NCBI GenBank assembly: GCA_023151275.1
Contig: JAKLJI010000018.1
Coordinates: 2,653-66,652 of the forward strand
Direction of reading: 5' to 3'
DNA length: 64,000 nt
Source: Bacteroidia bacterium
GTDB taxonomy: Bacteria > Bacteroidota > Bacteroidia > UKL13-3
The notes under the pieces are model-generated. The model saw nothing but the letters and a program-made list of their open reading frames with translations. It did no database searches and was not told the origin of the DNA. Numbering within the stretch: the first letter of the stretch is position 1; every line of letters starts with the position of its first letter. Positions 30,468 through 40,485 of this stretch are shown here, in pieces. The position numbers were made by a program, and so were the translations under genes.

Positions 30468-30944
30468 TTAGGAAAGTAGTTTTTGTCTTAAAAGGAATTC
30501 CATCTGGTCTGCACTGCGTTCGGCCTTCTCTGTGCGCTCTGCACGTATTTTCTTTTCGGTTTCAGATTGGTACTTATCATGTGCCTTAATGATGGTATCA
30601 TCAAGCTCTTCCTCCTTCCAGGGTTTATTCAAATAGTGGAATATTTTACCTTTATTTACTGCGTCAATGGTATCGCCCAGATTTGCGTATCCTGTTAGCA
30701 TAATTCGGATTGGATCCGGATGTTTGTCGAGCAGCATTTGTAAAAACTCTACCCCGGTAATCTCTGGCATGCGTTGATCGGTTATTACAACCTGAATATC
30801 GGGGTTTTCGTCCAAAACCTTCATTGCTGCATCAGCACTAATGGCGGTGAAAACTTTGTATTTCAGGCGAAATGCCGCCTTAAACGAAAACAAATTGTTC
30901 TCCTCATCATCAACAAATAAAACTTTTATCTTTTCTTCTGGCAT
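30468..30944 (-). CDS. Stand-alone response regulator (receiver domain plus short coiled-coil tail)
   Basis: KVLFVDDEENNL, VITDQRMPEITG (phospho-Asp), MLTGY and LNKPW motifs; ATG at 30944; divergent from the ThiF operon. Confidence 0.9.
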   Translation of the reverse strand: MPEEKIKVLFVDDEENNLFSFKAAFRLKYKVFTAISADAAMKVLDENPDIQVVITDQRMPEITGVEFLQMLLDKHPDPIRIMLTGYANLGDTIDAVNKGKIFHYLNKPWKEEELDDTIIKAHDKYQSETEKKIRAERTEKAERSADQMEFLLRQKLLS

Positions 30945-31057
30945 GAATACCTTCGTTTTTTCGACTTCCAATTTAATTTGCAAAATACGTCATGTTCTTT
31001 AAATTTTATATGAATTGCCATAAATTTAATATATTTAGCGCATTATTAGTTTAAGTA

Positions 31058-33322
31058 GTGGTAGCCTCACAATCGTTTCGTCCGCTAATTCTTCCATGCC
31101 ACGAAGATGGAAGTCGCTCAGAATTACAATTATTACGTAATTCAGGGAAGCTTGTTAGGGAGTTTGACACCCTACAACAACAGGTAAGGGAGTATCTAAA
31201 GTGTCTAAATCCTCACAAAAATTTTGTTGAGGCGGATTTTCAAAAAGGAATGCTTGAATACCTCGATGGCCGAGATTGGCAATCTGTAGGCAATTGGGTG
31301 TTCTATCCTTGGAATGGTTACCTGGTTCGCCTGTTACCTGAAAAGGAGTTCGTTCAACTCAGAACAAATCGTAACCAATACAAAATTACACCTGAAGAAC
31401 AACAGGTTCTTTCAGAAAAAAGGGTGGGCATAGTCGGCTTATCGGTTGGTAAAAGCATTGCCTTAACCATGGCCATGGAACGGGCTTTGGGCGAAATCAG
31501 GCTTGCCGATTTTGATAACTTGGATTTGTCAAACCTGAACCGCCTTTCGAGTTCAGTTTTTAATCTTGGTGAGAACAAGGCCGTATTGTGTGCACGCGAA
31601 ATCGCAGAAATCGACCCCTATATTAAGGTTCAGGTATTTCAGGACGGATTGACTCCTGAAAATATGGATGTATTTTTTACCCATAATGGAAAATTGGATT
31701 TGCTTGTGGAAGAATGCGATGGCTTGGATATTAAGGTGCTTGCCCGAATTAAAGCGCGTGAACTGGGTGTTCCTGTAATTATGGAAACCAGCGATAGAGG
31801 CATGTTGGATATTGAACGTTTTGATTTGGAGCCGGAACGAAACCTGCTCCATGGGAAAATCCCGGATGTTAACCCAACAGAATTAAAGAATCTTTCTGCT
31901 GAAGAAAAGCTAAGCTTTTTACTGCCTATGGTGGGTGTAGATACCATTTCAACCCGCATGAAGGTTAGTTTGATGGAGGTTCAAAAAACCATAAGCAGTT
32001 GGCCTCAATTAGCGGGTGATGTGGTGAAAGGTGGTGGAATTGCAGCAGAAACGGCTCGAAAGGTGCTTTTGAATCACTACCAAAATTCAGGTAGGTTTTA
32101 TGTTGACCTGGATGATATTCTGAATGGTCAGGATAAACAGCCTTCAGAGTTAAGTTCATTTCCAGCTGAATCCACTTCAGAAGTTGAGCAACATGATTGG
32201 TTAGCACTCGCAGAAATGCATGCGCAGGGGCTTGAACCCGTTTTAAGTTTGAGTCAGAATGAAAAACTCGAAATCGTACAGGTGGCTTCAAAGGCTCCAA
32301 GTGGAGGAAATTCGCAGCCCTGGAAATTGATTTTCAAAAAAGGATATCTTTTCGTTTTTCTGGATGCTGCAGAATCTTTTAGCTTTTTAGATTATAAGCA
32401 TTGTGGGGCTCACTTGGCAATAGGTGCCTGCCTAAGGAATATTGAGCTTGCGGCTGCTAATTTGGGCTATATGTGTCACGCCCAAACCTATCCGGATTCA
32501 AAAGGTACCGCCCTATTGGCTCGTATTCAATTTGAAAGGAGTAATTCTGTTCAGAAGCTATTTACCCAAACTGAAATTTTAGCTCGCCATACCAATCGGT
32601 TTCCTACCCAAACCAAACATGTGCCAGTTGAATTACTGAATCAGTTTAAGGCAACTCTAGAAAGTTATTCGGGTTTTAAACTCCATTACCTGGATAATCC
32701 AATCCTACTTGAAAAGCTTGCTCCTTTGCTGGCGGAGGCCGAAATGCTTATTATTACGCATCCTCGTGGTCATGCCGATGTAATTGGTAAGGAGGTACGC
32801 TGGACAGCACAGGAAGCGGAAGAAACCGGTACCGGAATTGATCTTCGCTTATTACCTTTAACCGGTGCACAACGCACAGGTCTGAAAGTGGCAAGAGATT
32901 ATAAAGTGATGAAAATGGTCAAGTCCTTAGGTGGAGGCGGCGCAATCAAAGCAATGACAATAGATTCTGTTAAACAATCTGCCGGACTAGGTTTACTTTC
33001 TATGGAAAGTTTTGATGAAAGCCGCTTTTTGGACGCGGGCAGGGCTATGGAGGAGTTTTGGATTCAAGCCAATAAATTGGGCTGGGGGCTTCATCCCATT
33101 GTTCAATTGGTATTTTTATTTTTGAAATTGAATAATCCTGCCGCAATTGATTCTCATGATTTGAAAGCATATATCAAATTGAAAGACCAGTTTGATTCCT
33201 TGTTGCCGGAATTAAAAAATCGGACTCCTTTCTTCTTGTTTCGTTTTACGGATGCTCCAAAACCTGGACTTAATTCATTCAGAAAACCTATCAATCACAT
33301 TTATTTGGATACTGAATTATGA
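31058..33322 (+). CDS. ThiF-nitroreductase didomain enzyme (Rv1355c/MoeY/OxzB-like)
   Basis: WVFYPW...LRTNRNQYKIT.EEQ N-terminus; ThiF motifs VGIVGLSVG, LADFD.L.LSNLNR, GENKA, DLLVEECD; nitroreductase motifs APSGGNSQPW, RHTNR, AGRAMEEFW..A...G.GLHP. Confidence 0.88.
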   Translation: MVASQSFRPLILPCHEDGSRSELQLLRNSGKLVREFDTLQQQVREYLKCLNPHKNFVEADFQKGMLEYLDGRDWQSVGNWVFYPWNGYLVRLLPEKEFVQLRTNRNQYKITPEEQQVLSEKRVGIVGLSVGKSIALTMAMERALGEIRLADFDNLDLSNLNRLSSSVFNLGENKAVLCAREIAEIDPYIKVQVFQDGLTPENMDVFFTHNGKLDLLVEECDGLDIKVLARIKARELGVPVIMETSDRGMLDIERFDLEPERNLLHGKIPDVNPTELKNLSAEEKLSFLLPMVGVDTISTRMKVSLMEVQKTISSWPQLAGDVVKGGGIAAETARKVLLNHYQNSGRFYVDLDDILNGQDKQPSELSSFPAESTSEVEQHDWLALAEMHAQGLEPVLSLSQNEKLEIVQVASKAPSGGNSQPWKLIFKKGYLFVFLDAAESFSFLDYKHCGAHLAIGACLRNIELAAANLGYMCHAQTYPDSKGTALLARIQFERSNSVQKLFTQTEILARHTNRFPTQTKHVPVELLNQFKATLESYSGFKLHYLDNPILLEKLAPLLAEAEMLIITHPRGHADVIGKEVRWTAQEAEETGTGIDLRLLPLTGAQRTGLKVARDYKVMKMVKSLGGGGAIKAMTIDSVKQSAGLGLLSMESFDESRFLDAGRAMEEFWIQANKLGWGLHPIVQLVFLFLKLNNPAAIDSHDLKAYIKLKDQFDSLLPELKNRTPFFLFRFTDAPKPGLNSFRKPINHIYLDTEL

Positions 33323-34014
33323 TTCATATCCGCGCATTTCGTGTAACAGATGATATTCCTTCCTGTGAACGCTATTTAGACGGTCATAGGAAGGTGCTTG
33401 AATCTTATGGGGTTACCAAGGTTACATCCAATAATACGAGTTGGTTGGGAGATCCAAATACCTATTTGATAATTGTTGAGGATGAACAACGTCAGAAAAC
33501 CTACGGTGGAGGCCGTGTTCAAATTCATTCAGCCGGTTTGCCAATGCCTTTGGTAGATGCAATTGCCATCCTTGATAAGAATATTCATGATTTTGTTGCC
33601 AATCTGGGAACAAAGAATGTTGCTGAGTTTTGCGGCTTATGGAATTCAAAAGAAATGGCGGGTTATGGAATTGGTAGCATCTACATGGGTAGAGTAGGTG
33701 TGGCCATTTCTACCCAACTCAATTTTCAATATTTAATGGCTTTGGCTTCTCCTGCTACCTTAAGAAATTGCCTCAAGGTTGGTTTTGAAGTAACCAGGGA
33801 ATTAGGTAATAATGGAACTTTTTATTATCCAAAAGAAGACCTTACTGCAACTGGCCTCATCATTCGGGATTTGGTAAACCTTCCGCATGCCAACCCAACA
33901 GAGCGAATTGAAATTGAAAAAATTAGAAATAACCTCACTGGTGTTACACTTGAAAAAGGTCCCAAAGGAGAGGTTGAATTTTGTTACGATTTAAATATAC
34001 CACGTTTTGCGTAG
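33319..34014 (+). CDS. Putative GNAT-fold N-acyltransferase (N-acyl amino acid synthase/LuxI-like pattern)
   Basis: ATGA-coupled to the ThiF-nitroreductase gene. The pattern HRKVL..YG...DPNTYLIIV......YGGGRV....LPMP....AEFCGLW resembles FeeM/LuxI-type acyltransferase topology; recognised by eye only. Confidence 0.55.
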   Translation: MIHIRAFRVTDDIPSCERYLDGHRKVLESYGVTKVTSNNTSWLGDPNTYLIIVEDEQRQKTYGGGRVQIHSAGLPMPLVDAIAILDKNIHDFVANLGTKNVAEFCGLWNSKEMAGYGIGSIYMGRVGVAISTQLNFQYLMALASPATLRNCLKVGFEVTRELGNNGTFYYPKEDLTATGLIIRDLVNLPHANPTERIEIEKIRNNLTGVTLEKGPKGEVEFCYDLNIPRFA

Positions 34015-36145
34015 TCTAGTTACCCTATTTGTTTTTTTATTAATCAAGCCATTGTTGGCTCAGGTTCCGGTTGTGGAATTCAATGGAGAGAAGTCGATGA
34101 TAATTGAGCAACTTCAACTCATTCGCGATTCAAGCTATCATTATAAAGTTCCTGACTTCAAATCGGGTAACCCAACCCAAAAACTTCAATCGGCGAAGCT
34201 AAATCTTGACCATACCGACGATGTACTTTGGGCGAGGTTTGAATTGGTGAATAAAACAGATATCCGGGATATCACCATTCGGGTTGAAAATCCGATGATT
34301 GATAGCATTAGTTTATACCAATTTATTCAGGAAGGTGGTATTCGGGAGTTGTCGAATTTTATGCCGGCACCCTTTTCCAAACGGGTTTACAATTCAGGTA
34401 TTACCTTGTTCAATCTCCACCTGCGAAAGGGCGAGCGGGCGCAATTGTTGCTTCGTGTTAAATCATCAGAACATATCATTTTGCCCATTCTTATCGACTC
34501 AACCCGAAACTCAACCACGTATGCCACCCTTCGTGATATGGTTTACGGGCTTTTTGCCGGTATTGTGCTTGTAATGTTCTTTTACAATGTGTTCATTTAT
34601 TTTTCAACCCGTGATAGAAGTTATCTCATCTATGTAATTTATATCTTCTTTATTGGAATCGCTCAATTAAGCATGAGCGGACATACCTATCAATTTTTAT
34701 TTCCAAATGCTGGATGGATTTACAAATACACAATTGTTGTATTCCCTGCCTTAAGCGGAATGTTTGCGGTATTGTTTCTAAGAGATTTCATGAGCCTCAA
34801 GGAAGTAGCTCCGGTTAAAGATAAAATCATTCTGTTTTTTGTCTTTGGCGGATACCTGGCAGCTGCCGTTTCTCGCTTGTTAAACGGCTTTCAGTTAAGT
34901 AGTCTGTTGATGGATTTAACTGGAGCCTTTGGAGCAATATTCGTGCTTTACACCTCGTTTTTGGTTGCAAAAAAAGGCAACCGGTCTGCGAAGTTTTTTA
35001 TTGTTGCCTGGACATTTTTCATCGTTGGAATTATCTCATTTGTATTCCGAAACCTGGATATCCTGCCCTTTAATTTCTTTACCACCTTTGCCATGCCGGC
35101 AGGTGCAGCATCAGAAGTTGTCTTGCTTTCATTTGCACTTGCCGACCGAATCAATATTCTTCAGAAGCAAAAGCGTGAGAAGGAAGAAGAAGCCTATCAG
35201 CAGGCGCTCGAAAACCAACGTATCATCAGTGAGCAAAATGTTGAATTGGAGAAACGCGTCAACCAACGCACGCTTGAACTTCGGGAAAGTAACGACCATT
35301 TGACCAAAGCCTTGCAAGATTTAAAAGATGCCCAAACCCAATTGGTCGATCAGGAAAAAATGGCATCTCTGGGTCAGCTAACTGCTGGTATTGCCCATGA
35401 AATCAACAACCCAATCAATTTTGTAACCTCCAATATCAATCCACTGCGTCGCGATGTGAAAATGTTGCTTGAATTGTTCAATCAAGTGGAGGAGTTGGCC
35501 ATTAGTCCGTATGCTCCCGAAGACGTTAAGCGCCAAATCAATGAGTTGAAAGAGGAAATGGAGTTCGATTATTTGATTGATGAAATCAACCACCTCCTTA
35601 AAGGTATTGATGAAGGTGCTAATCGTACAGCTTACATTGTGAAAGGGCTTCGGATATTTTCAAGAACCGATGAAGATGTCATTAAAAAAGCCGATATTGT
35701 TGAAGGAATTGAATCCACGTTGATTATTCTGAATAACCAATTGGGTAAAATTTCGGTGGAGAAATCTTTTTCAGGAGACCGAATAATAGATTGTTACCCG
35801 GGCAAGCTAAATCAGGTATTCCTGAATTTGCTTTCTAATGCCATATATGCCATTCGCGCAAAATGGAACCAGGAAGCAGGAGGAGTTATCCATATCTCTG
35901 TTGAATCGGATGGAAATGAGATGACAATTGGCTTTAGAGACAACGGTTCTGGAATGAAAGAAGAAGTGGTGAATAAAATGTTTGAACCTTTCTTTACAAC
36001 TAAACCCGTTGGCGAAGGCACTGGTTTAGGGCTTTCTATAGTTTACAAGACCATCGAAAGGCACCGTGGAAAGATAACTGTTAAATCTGTTTGGGACGAG
36101 GGGAGTTTGTTTGAAATTAAACTTCCTGTTTATTTGAATGCGTAA
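34007..36145 (+). CDS. 7TMR-DISM sensor histidine kinase
   Basis: Signal peptide, periplasmic DISMED2-like domain (W.RF.L.N...ENPMIDSI.LY), 7 TM helices ending EVVLLSFALADRI, coiled coil, HisKA MASLGQLTAGIAHEINNPINF, HATPase NLLSNA/DNGSG/FEPFFTTK/GTGLGL. Confidence 0.92.
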   Translation: MRSLVTLFVFLLIKPLLAQVPVVEFNGEKSMIIEQLQLIRDSSYHYKVPDFKSGNPTQKLQSAKLNLDHTDDVLWARFELVNKTDIRDITIRVENPMIDSISLYQFIQEGGIRELSNFMPAPFSKRVYNSGITLFNLHLRKGERAQLLLRVKSSEHIILPILIDSTRNSTTYATLRDMVYGLFAGIVLVMFFYNVFIYFSTRDRSYLIYVIYIFFIGIAQLSMSGHTYQFLFPNAGWIYKYTIVVFPALSGMFAVLFLRDFMSLKEVAPVKDKIILFFVFGGYLAAAVSRLLNGFQLSSLLMDLTGAFGAIFVLYTSFLVAKKGNRSAKFFIVAWTFFIVGIISFVFRNLDILPFNFFTTFAMPAGAASEVVLLSFALADRINILQKQKREKEEEAYQQALENQRIISEQNVELEKRVNQRTLELRESNDHLTKALQDLKDAQTQLVDQEKMASLGQLTAGIAHEINNPINFVTSNINPLRRDVKMLLELFNQVEELAISPYAPEDVKRQINELKEEMEFDYLIDEINHLLKGIDEGANRTAYIVKGLRIFSRTDEDVIKKADIVEGIESTLIILNNQLGKISVEKSFSGDRIIDCYPGKLNQVFLNLLSNAIYAIRAKWNQEAGGVIHISVESDGNEMTIGFRDNGSGMKEEVVNKMFEPFFTTKPVGEGTGLGLSIVYKTIERHRGKITVKSVWDEGSLFEIKLPVYLNA

Positions 36146-36150
36146 AAGTC

Positions 36151-37239
36151 ATGAGTAAAGAGCATAAAATTAAAGTTCTCTATGTGGATGACGAGGAAAA
36201 CAACCTCGTAGCATTCAAAGCTGCCTTTCGCTTCGACTATCAAATTAGGCTTGCTAATTCGCCTGATGAAGCATTGCAGATTTTGGCGCAGGATGAAATC
36301 CATGTTATTCTTTCCGATTTCAGAATGCCCTTCATGACAGGAGTAGAGCTGTTTGAAAAAATCAGCCAGCAATACCCAATGCCCATGCGCATCCTACTTA
36401 CGGCTTATACCGATATTGAATCTTTAATTGATGCAGTTAACCGTGGACATATTTTTCGTTATATTAAAAAGCCCTGGCAAGAAGCAGATATTAAAACAGC
36501 AATTGAAGAAGCATACCGATTCTACATCACCAGAAATTCCCTTGAAGAAAAGCATCTTGAGCTGATTGAGGCCTACAAAGACCTGGATAGATTTGTTTAC
36601 AGTGTTTCTCATGACCTCCGTTCTCCACTTATGGGAATACTTGCTATTGCCAAACTCATTGAACGCGAGCAAAACCTTACAGAAATTCAAACACTTGTTT
36701 ATTACGTTACCAAGAACGTAAACAAGCTGGATGAATTTATTCGTTCCCTGCTTGAATATTACAGGGTGAAACGCGGTGAGCTTAGCCTTAAACCGGTTCG
36801 CTTTCAAAAAATGTTTGATGATTTAACCGGACTTTATGTTGCCGATGCGCTTTCTCACCGGGTAAAGTTTGAGGTGGAAGTGAATCAGCAAGGCGATTTT
36901 ATTACGGATCCAATGGTGCTTACTGTTTGTCTTCAAAATTTGGTATCAAACGCACTTAAATACCAGCGCAACGATAATCCGGATAAATTGGTAAGGTTAA
37001 GCGCAGATGTTAAAGGCAATCAGGCTTTGATAAAAGTTGAGGATAATGGAATTGGAATTGAACCGGAATACCATACCAAGGTGTTTGATATGTTTTTTAG
37101 GGCAAGTTCGCAAGGCGCAGGCAGTGGAGTTGGACTTTACAACGCTAAACATGCACTCGACAAATTAGGCGGAACAGTAAAAATGCATTCCGTGGTAGGG
37201 GAGGGAACCCTATTTGAACTGGTAATTCCGGGTAAATAA
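36151..37239 (+). CDS. Hybrid receiver-histidine kinase (REC-HisKA-HATPase), cytoplasmic
   Basis: VLYVDDEENNL, ILSDFRMP, KKPW; FVYSVSHDLRSPL; NLVSNALKY, DNGIGI, FDMFFR, GSGVGL. Confidence 0.92.
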   Translation: MSKEHKIKVLYVDDEENNLVAFKAAFRFDYQIRLANSPDEALQILAQDEIHVILSDFRMPFMTGVELFEKISQQYPMPMRILLTAYTDIESLIDAVNRGHIFRYIKKPWQEADIKTAIEEAYRFYITRNSLEEKHLELIEAYKDLDRFVYSVSHDLRSPLMGILAIAKLIEREQNLTEIQTLVYYVTKNVNKLDEFIRSLLEYYRVKRGELSLKPVRFQKMFDDLTGLYVADALSHRVKFEVEVNQQGDFITDPMVLTVCLQNLVSNALKYQRNDNPDKLVRLSADVKGNQALIKVEDNGIGIEPEYHTKVFDMFFRASSQGAGSGVGLYNAKHALDKLGGTVKMHSVVGEGTLFELVIPGK

Positions 37240-37317
37240 ACCTCTAGTTCATCCGTTTAACCAATTCCTGCAAAGCACTTGGTTTGAATTGCCTATTTTT
37301 GTGAAATTCTTCATTTC

Positions 37318-40005
37318 ATGAAAAAGGTCCTTCAGTATCTTCTCATTTTCTTGCTGGTAATTGTACTTGCAATGATTGCTCTGCCCTTCATGTTTAAGGG
37401 CAAATTGGTTGGGATTATTCGCGAGCAGGCAAATAAAAACCTGAATGCAAAGGTTTATTTCAACGACGATATTTCAGTGGGCTTTTTGAGTAGTTTTCCC
37501 ATGTTTAGTTTGGGAATAAAAGACCTTTCAATTGCCGGTATTAACCAGTTTGAGGGCGATACTCTTTTTGCTGCTGGGAGTCTTGAACTAAGTCTGGATG
37601 TTATGAGTGTGCTAAAGGGCAATCAAATCGCTATCCGAAAAATTGGAATTGAAAATGCCAGGGTGCACGCTATTGTAGATAAAGATGGCAAGGCAAACTG
37701 GGACATTACTTTGCCGGATACCACCGCCCAAGTGCCTGCCGATACTGCCACAACACCTTTCAATATTCAACTCAAAGAACTCAGAATTTCAAACGCATAT
37801 ATCGTTTACGACGACAGGCAAGGCGCTATTTACTCGGAATTGGAGGGAATGAATTATACCATGCAAGGTGATTTTACCGAGAAACTCTTTGTGCTAAAAA
37901 ACAAACTCGATGTACAATCCCTTACAGCTGGTATGGGAGGTGTGAATTACCTGAACAAGGTTAAAACCACAGCCGATGCGGATATTGATGCTGATATGAA
38001 CGCCTTCAAATTTGTGTTCAAACAAAATAAAGCAACATTAAATGAACTTGAACTGGCCTTCAATGGCTCCTTTCAAATGACGGAGGCTGATATGCTAATG
38101 GATATTACCTATGCAGTCGGTAAAAATGATTTTAAGCCCTTTCTATCCCTAATTCCAGCCATGTATTCAAGTTCTTTCAAAGACCTGACTGCTAAAGGTA
38201 AATTGGCACTTGAAGGTTTTGTAAAAGGAACCTACAACGAAACTTCACTTCCTGGTTTTGGTTTGAAGCTGAATGTGGAAGATGGTTGGTTCAAATACCC
38301 TGCTCTCCCTGCTCCGGTTGAGGATGTACAGGTTGATTTTGCAGCTACTTGCCCAGATGGAGTTCCAGACAATACCTTGGTGAACTTGAGCAAGTTTCAC
38401 ATGAATATCCAGGGTGATATTTTGGATGCTGCACTGAAGGTTTCTACCCCTGTTTCAGACCCTGACATTGATGCAGTAATGAAGGGAAGAGTAAATTTAG
38501 GCAATGTGCTGAAGATTGTTCCTTTGGAAGGAACTAAATTGGCAGGTATTATTACGAGTGATGTAACTGCTAAAGGCAAAATTTCTGCCATCGAAAAACA
38601 AGCATTCGATCAGTTTTTTGCAGCAGGAACAATCGAGGCAAATGCGGTTCACGTTGAACATGAGGTGCTTCCGGCACCCATGGATATGCCTATGGCTTCC
38701 TTGAGTTTTAGTCCAGCGGTAGTAAGTTTAAATCAATTCAAAGCCACGATTGGAAATTCTGACTTTGCGATGGATGGTAAGTTAACAAATTTCTTTCCAT
38801 ACTTCTTTGGAAATGGCATATTGAATGGCAATCTCAATTTTCAGAGCAATAACCTGGATGTGAATGCACTCATGGGCACAGAAACAAATCAAACCCAGCC
38901 AAGTGCAACTGATACAGCTGCCATGGAAGTGGTTGTCCTTCCTGAAAACATCAATTTTCAACTAAAATCAAGCATCAACAAATTGGTTTACTCCAATATG
39001 GAAATGACCAATTTCAAAGGAGCGGTTCAATTATCGCCTTCGCGCCTTGAACTGAATCAGATTGCATTAAATATGTTGGGTTCTGCAATGCAATTGAACG
39101 GGTTTTATGAAACAACAAATCCAAAGAAGCCCAATGTAGATATGAAGTTTAGTGTGAAAGACCTTGATTTTCAAAAGGCCTTTTCAACGTTCAATACCGT
39201 TCAGAAACTAGCTCCTGCCGCTGAACATATTATGGGATTTTTCTCAGCTGACATTGACTTTACGTCACCTCTTAGTCAAACCATGCAACCTGTTATGGGA
39301 GATGTAAATGCGAAGGGTGTTTTGAAAATCAATACTGCAAAAATTACCCAGGTAAAAGCACTTGCCAAGTTGGCTGATTTACTAAAAAAACCGGAGTATG
39401 GTGAACCTGGATTGGAAAAAGCAGCTATTCGATTTGAAGTAAAAAATGGACTCATAACCACTGAGCCATTTGACCTTAGTGTTGCCGGTAAGAAATTTAC
39501 TGTGTCTGGTTCAACAAGCCTCGACCAAAAAATCAATTACATTGGCACCACCATGCTCAACCGCAAGGAATTGGGAGTGGCCGACAAAGCCATACAAGGA
39601 GCACTCGCACAATTGAATGCCAAAGCCGGCACTCAGATTTCGATGGAGGAACAAATACCGCTTCAAATTAATTTTGGAGGGAGTTTTACCTCTCCAACAA
39701 TCACCACAAATTTGGGAGCTGCCGCTAAAGCTCAAGCCAATTCATTAAAAGACCAAGCTGCAGCTGAACTTGCAAAAAAGAAGGCCGAATTGGAGGCAAA
39801 AGCCAAGGCAGAAGCACAGAAGAAAATAGACGAAGCCAAGGCTGAATTGGAAAAGAAAAAGCAAGAGGCCGAAACCAAAGCAAGATCAGAGGCCGAGCGT
39901 TTAAAGAAAGAAGCTGAAGCCAAAGCTCAAGCTGAAAAAGAACGCTTAAAAAAGGAAGCTGAAGAAAAAGCGAAAGCCAAGCTAAAAGGGTTGTTTAATA
40001 AATAG
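37318..40005 (+). CDS. AsmA family protein
   Basis: N-terminal TM anchor, DGKANWDI motif, beta-rich AsmA-like body, K/E/A-rich coiled-coil tail ending LKGLFNK. Confidence 0.85.
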   Translation: MKKVLQYLLIFLLVIVLAMIALPFMFKGKLVGIIREQANKNLNAKVYFNDDISVGFLSSFPMFSLGIKDLSIAGINQFEGDTLFAAGSLELSLDVMSVLKGNQIAIRKIGIENARVHAIVDKDGKANWDITLPDTTAQVPADTATTPFNIQLKELRISNAYIVYDDRQGAIYSELEGMNYTMQGDFTEKLFVLKNKLDVQSLTAGMGGVNYLNKVKTTADADIDADMNAFKFVFKQNKATLNELELAFNGSFQMTEADMLMDITYAVGKNDFKPFLSLIPAMYSSSFKDLTAKGKLALEGFVKGTYNETSLPGFGLKLNVEDGWFKYPALPAPVEDVQVDFAATCPDGVPDNTLVNLSKFHMNIQGDILDAALKVSTPVSDPDIDAVMKGRVNLGNVLKIVPLEGTKLAGIITSDVTAKGKISAIEKQAFDQFFAAGTIEANAVHVEHEVLPAPMDMPMASLSFSPAVVSLNQFKATIGNSDFAMDGKLTNFFPYFFGNGILNGNLNFQSNNLDVNALMGTETNQTQPSATDTAAMEVVVLPENINFQLKSSINKLVYSNMEMTNFKGAVQLSPSRLELNQIALNMLGSAMQLNGFYETTNPKKPNVDMKFSVKDLDFQKAFSTFNTVQKLAPAAEHIMGFFSADIDFTSPLSQTMQPVMGDVNAKGVLKINTAKITQVKALAKLADLLKKPEYGEPGLEKAAIRFEVKNGLITTEPFDLSVAGKKFTVSGSTSLDQKINYIGTTMLNRKELGVADKAIQGALAQLNAKAGTQISMEEQIPLQINFGGSFTSPTITTNLGAAAKAQANSLKDQAAAELAKKKAELEAKAKAEAQKKIDEAKAELEKKKQEAETKARSEAERLKKEAEAKAQAEKERLKKEAEEKAKAKLKGLFNK

Positions 40006-40328
40006 GCGATGGCTTTGATTGATTGAACGATTTTAAAGTCAGGGCCATTTGCTTTTTGCCTTTGGCCCTTTGCTTTTTGAATTTTGTAAGCGATTAAAAT
40101 TCGCGAAGATATGTCTGTTCTTCAACCCCGTTAGGGGTGATAGTATTGTAGAAAAGCAATTATAGATTTTTTCAAATTGCAACCCCGCCGGAGGCGGGGG
40201 CAAAATTCAAGCTTTAGCTATGGCCATTGGCGATGGCTTTAAGGGCGTAAACGATTTTCAATTCAGGGCCTTTAGCCATTAGCTATTTGCCTTTGGCCTT
40301 TTTTTGAATGTCATTGCGAATTTAATTC
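40005..40328. repeat. Intergenic repeat cluster: two ~98-bp degenerate direct repeats around a REP-like hairpin pair
   Basis: GGCGATGGCTTT...AACGATTTT...TCAGGGCC...GCCTTTGGCC...GAAT...AATTC at 40005-40102 and 40229-40328; hairpins CAACCCCGTTAGGGGTG (40123-40139) and CAACCCCGCCGGAGGCGGGGG (40180-40200) lie between them. Confidence 0.65.
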
Positions 40329-40485
40329 TAGGAACAAGGCCATAGCCATAGCCAATAGCCATAGCATTGCAATTCGCTATGAAACTCAATTTTAATAAAT
40401 CCAAAGGACAATAGCCATAGCTACCAGCAACCTGGTCTTTTGCGTCAAATTTTTTAATTCAAGCCGCTTTTCCTATCATTGGCCC

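Noticed and set aside
31058-33322. MoeB/ThiF cofactor biosynthesis gene or RiPP (TOMM/microcin C) maturase
   Set aside because: It is fused to nitroreductase domains, and no moa/thi genes, sulfur carrier, YcaO or credible precursor peptide lie nearby.
39720-40002. Repetitive K/E/A-rich sequence as a separate repeat element
   Set aside because: It is the in-frame coiled-coil tail of the AsmA protein.
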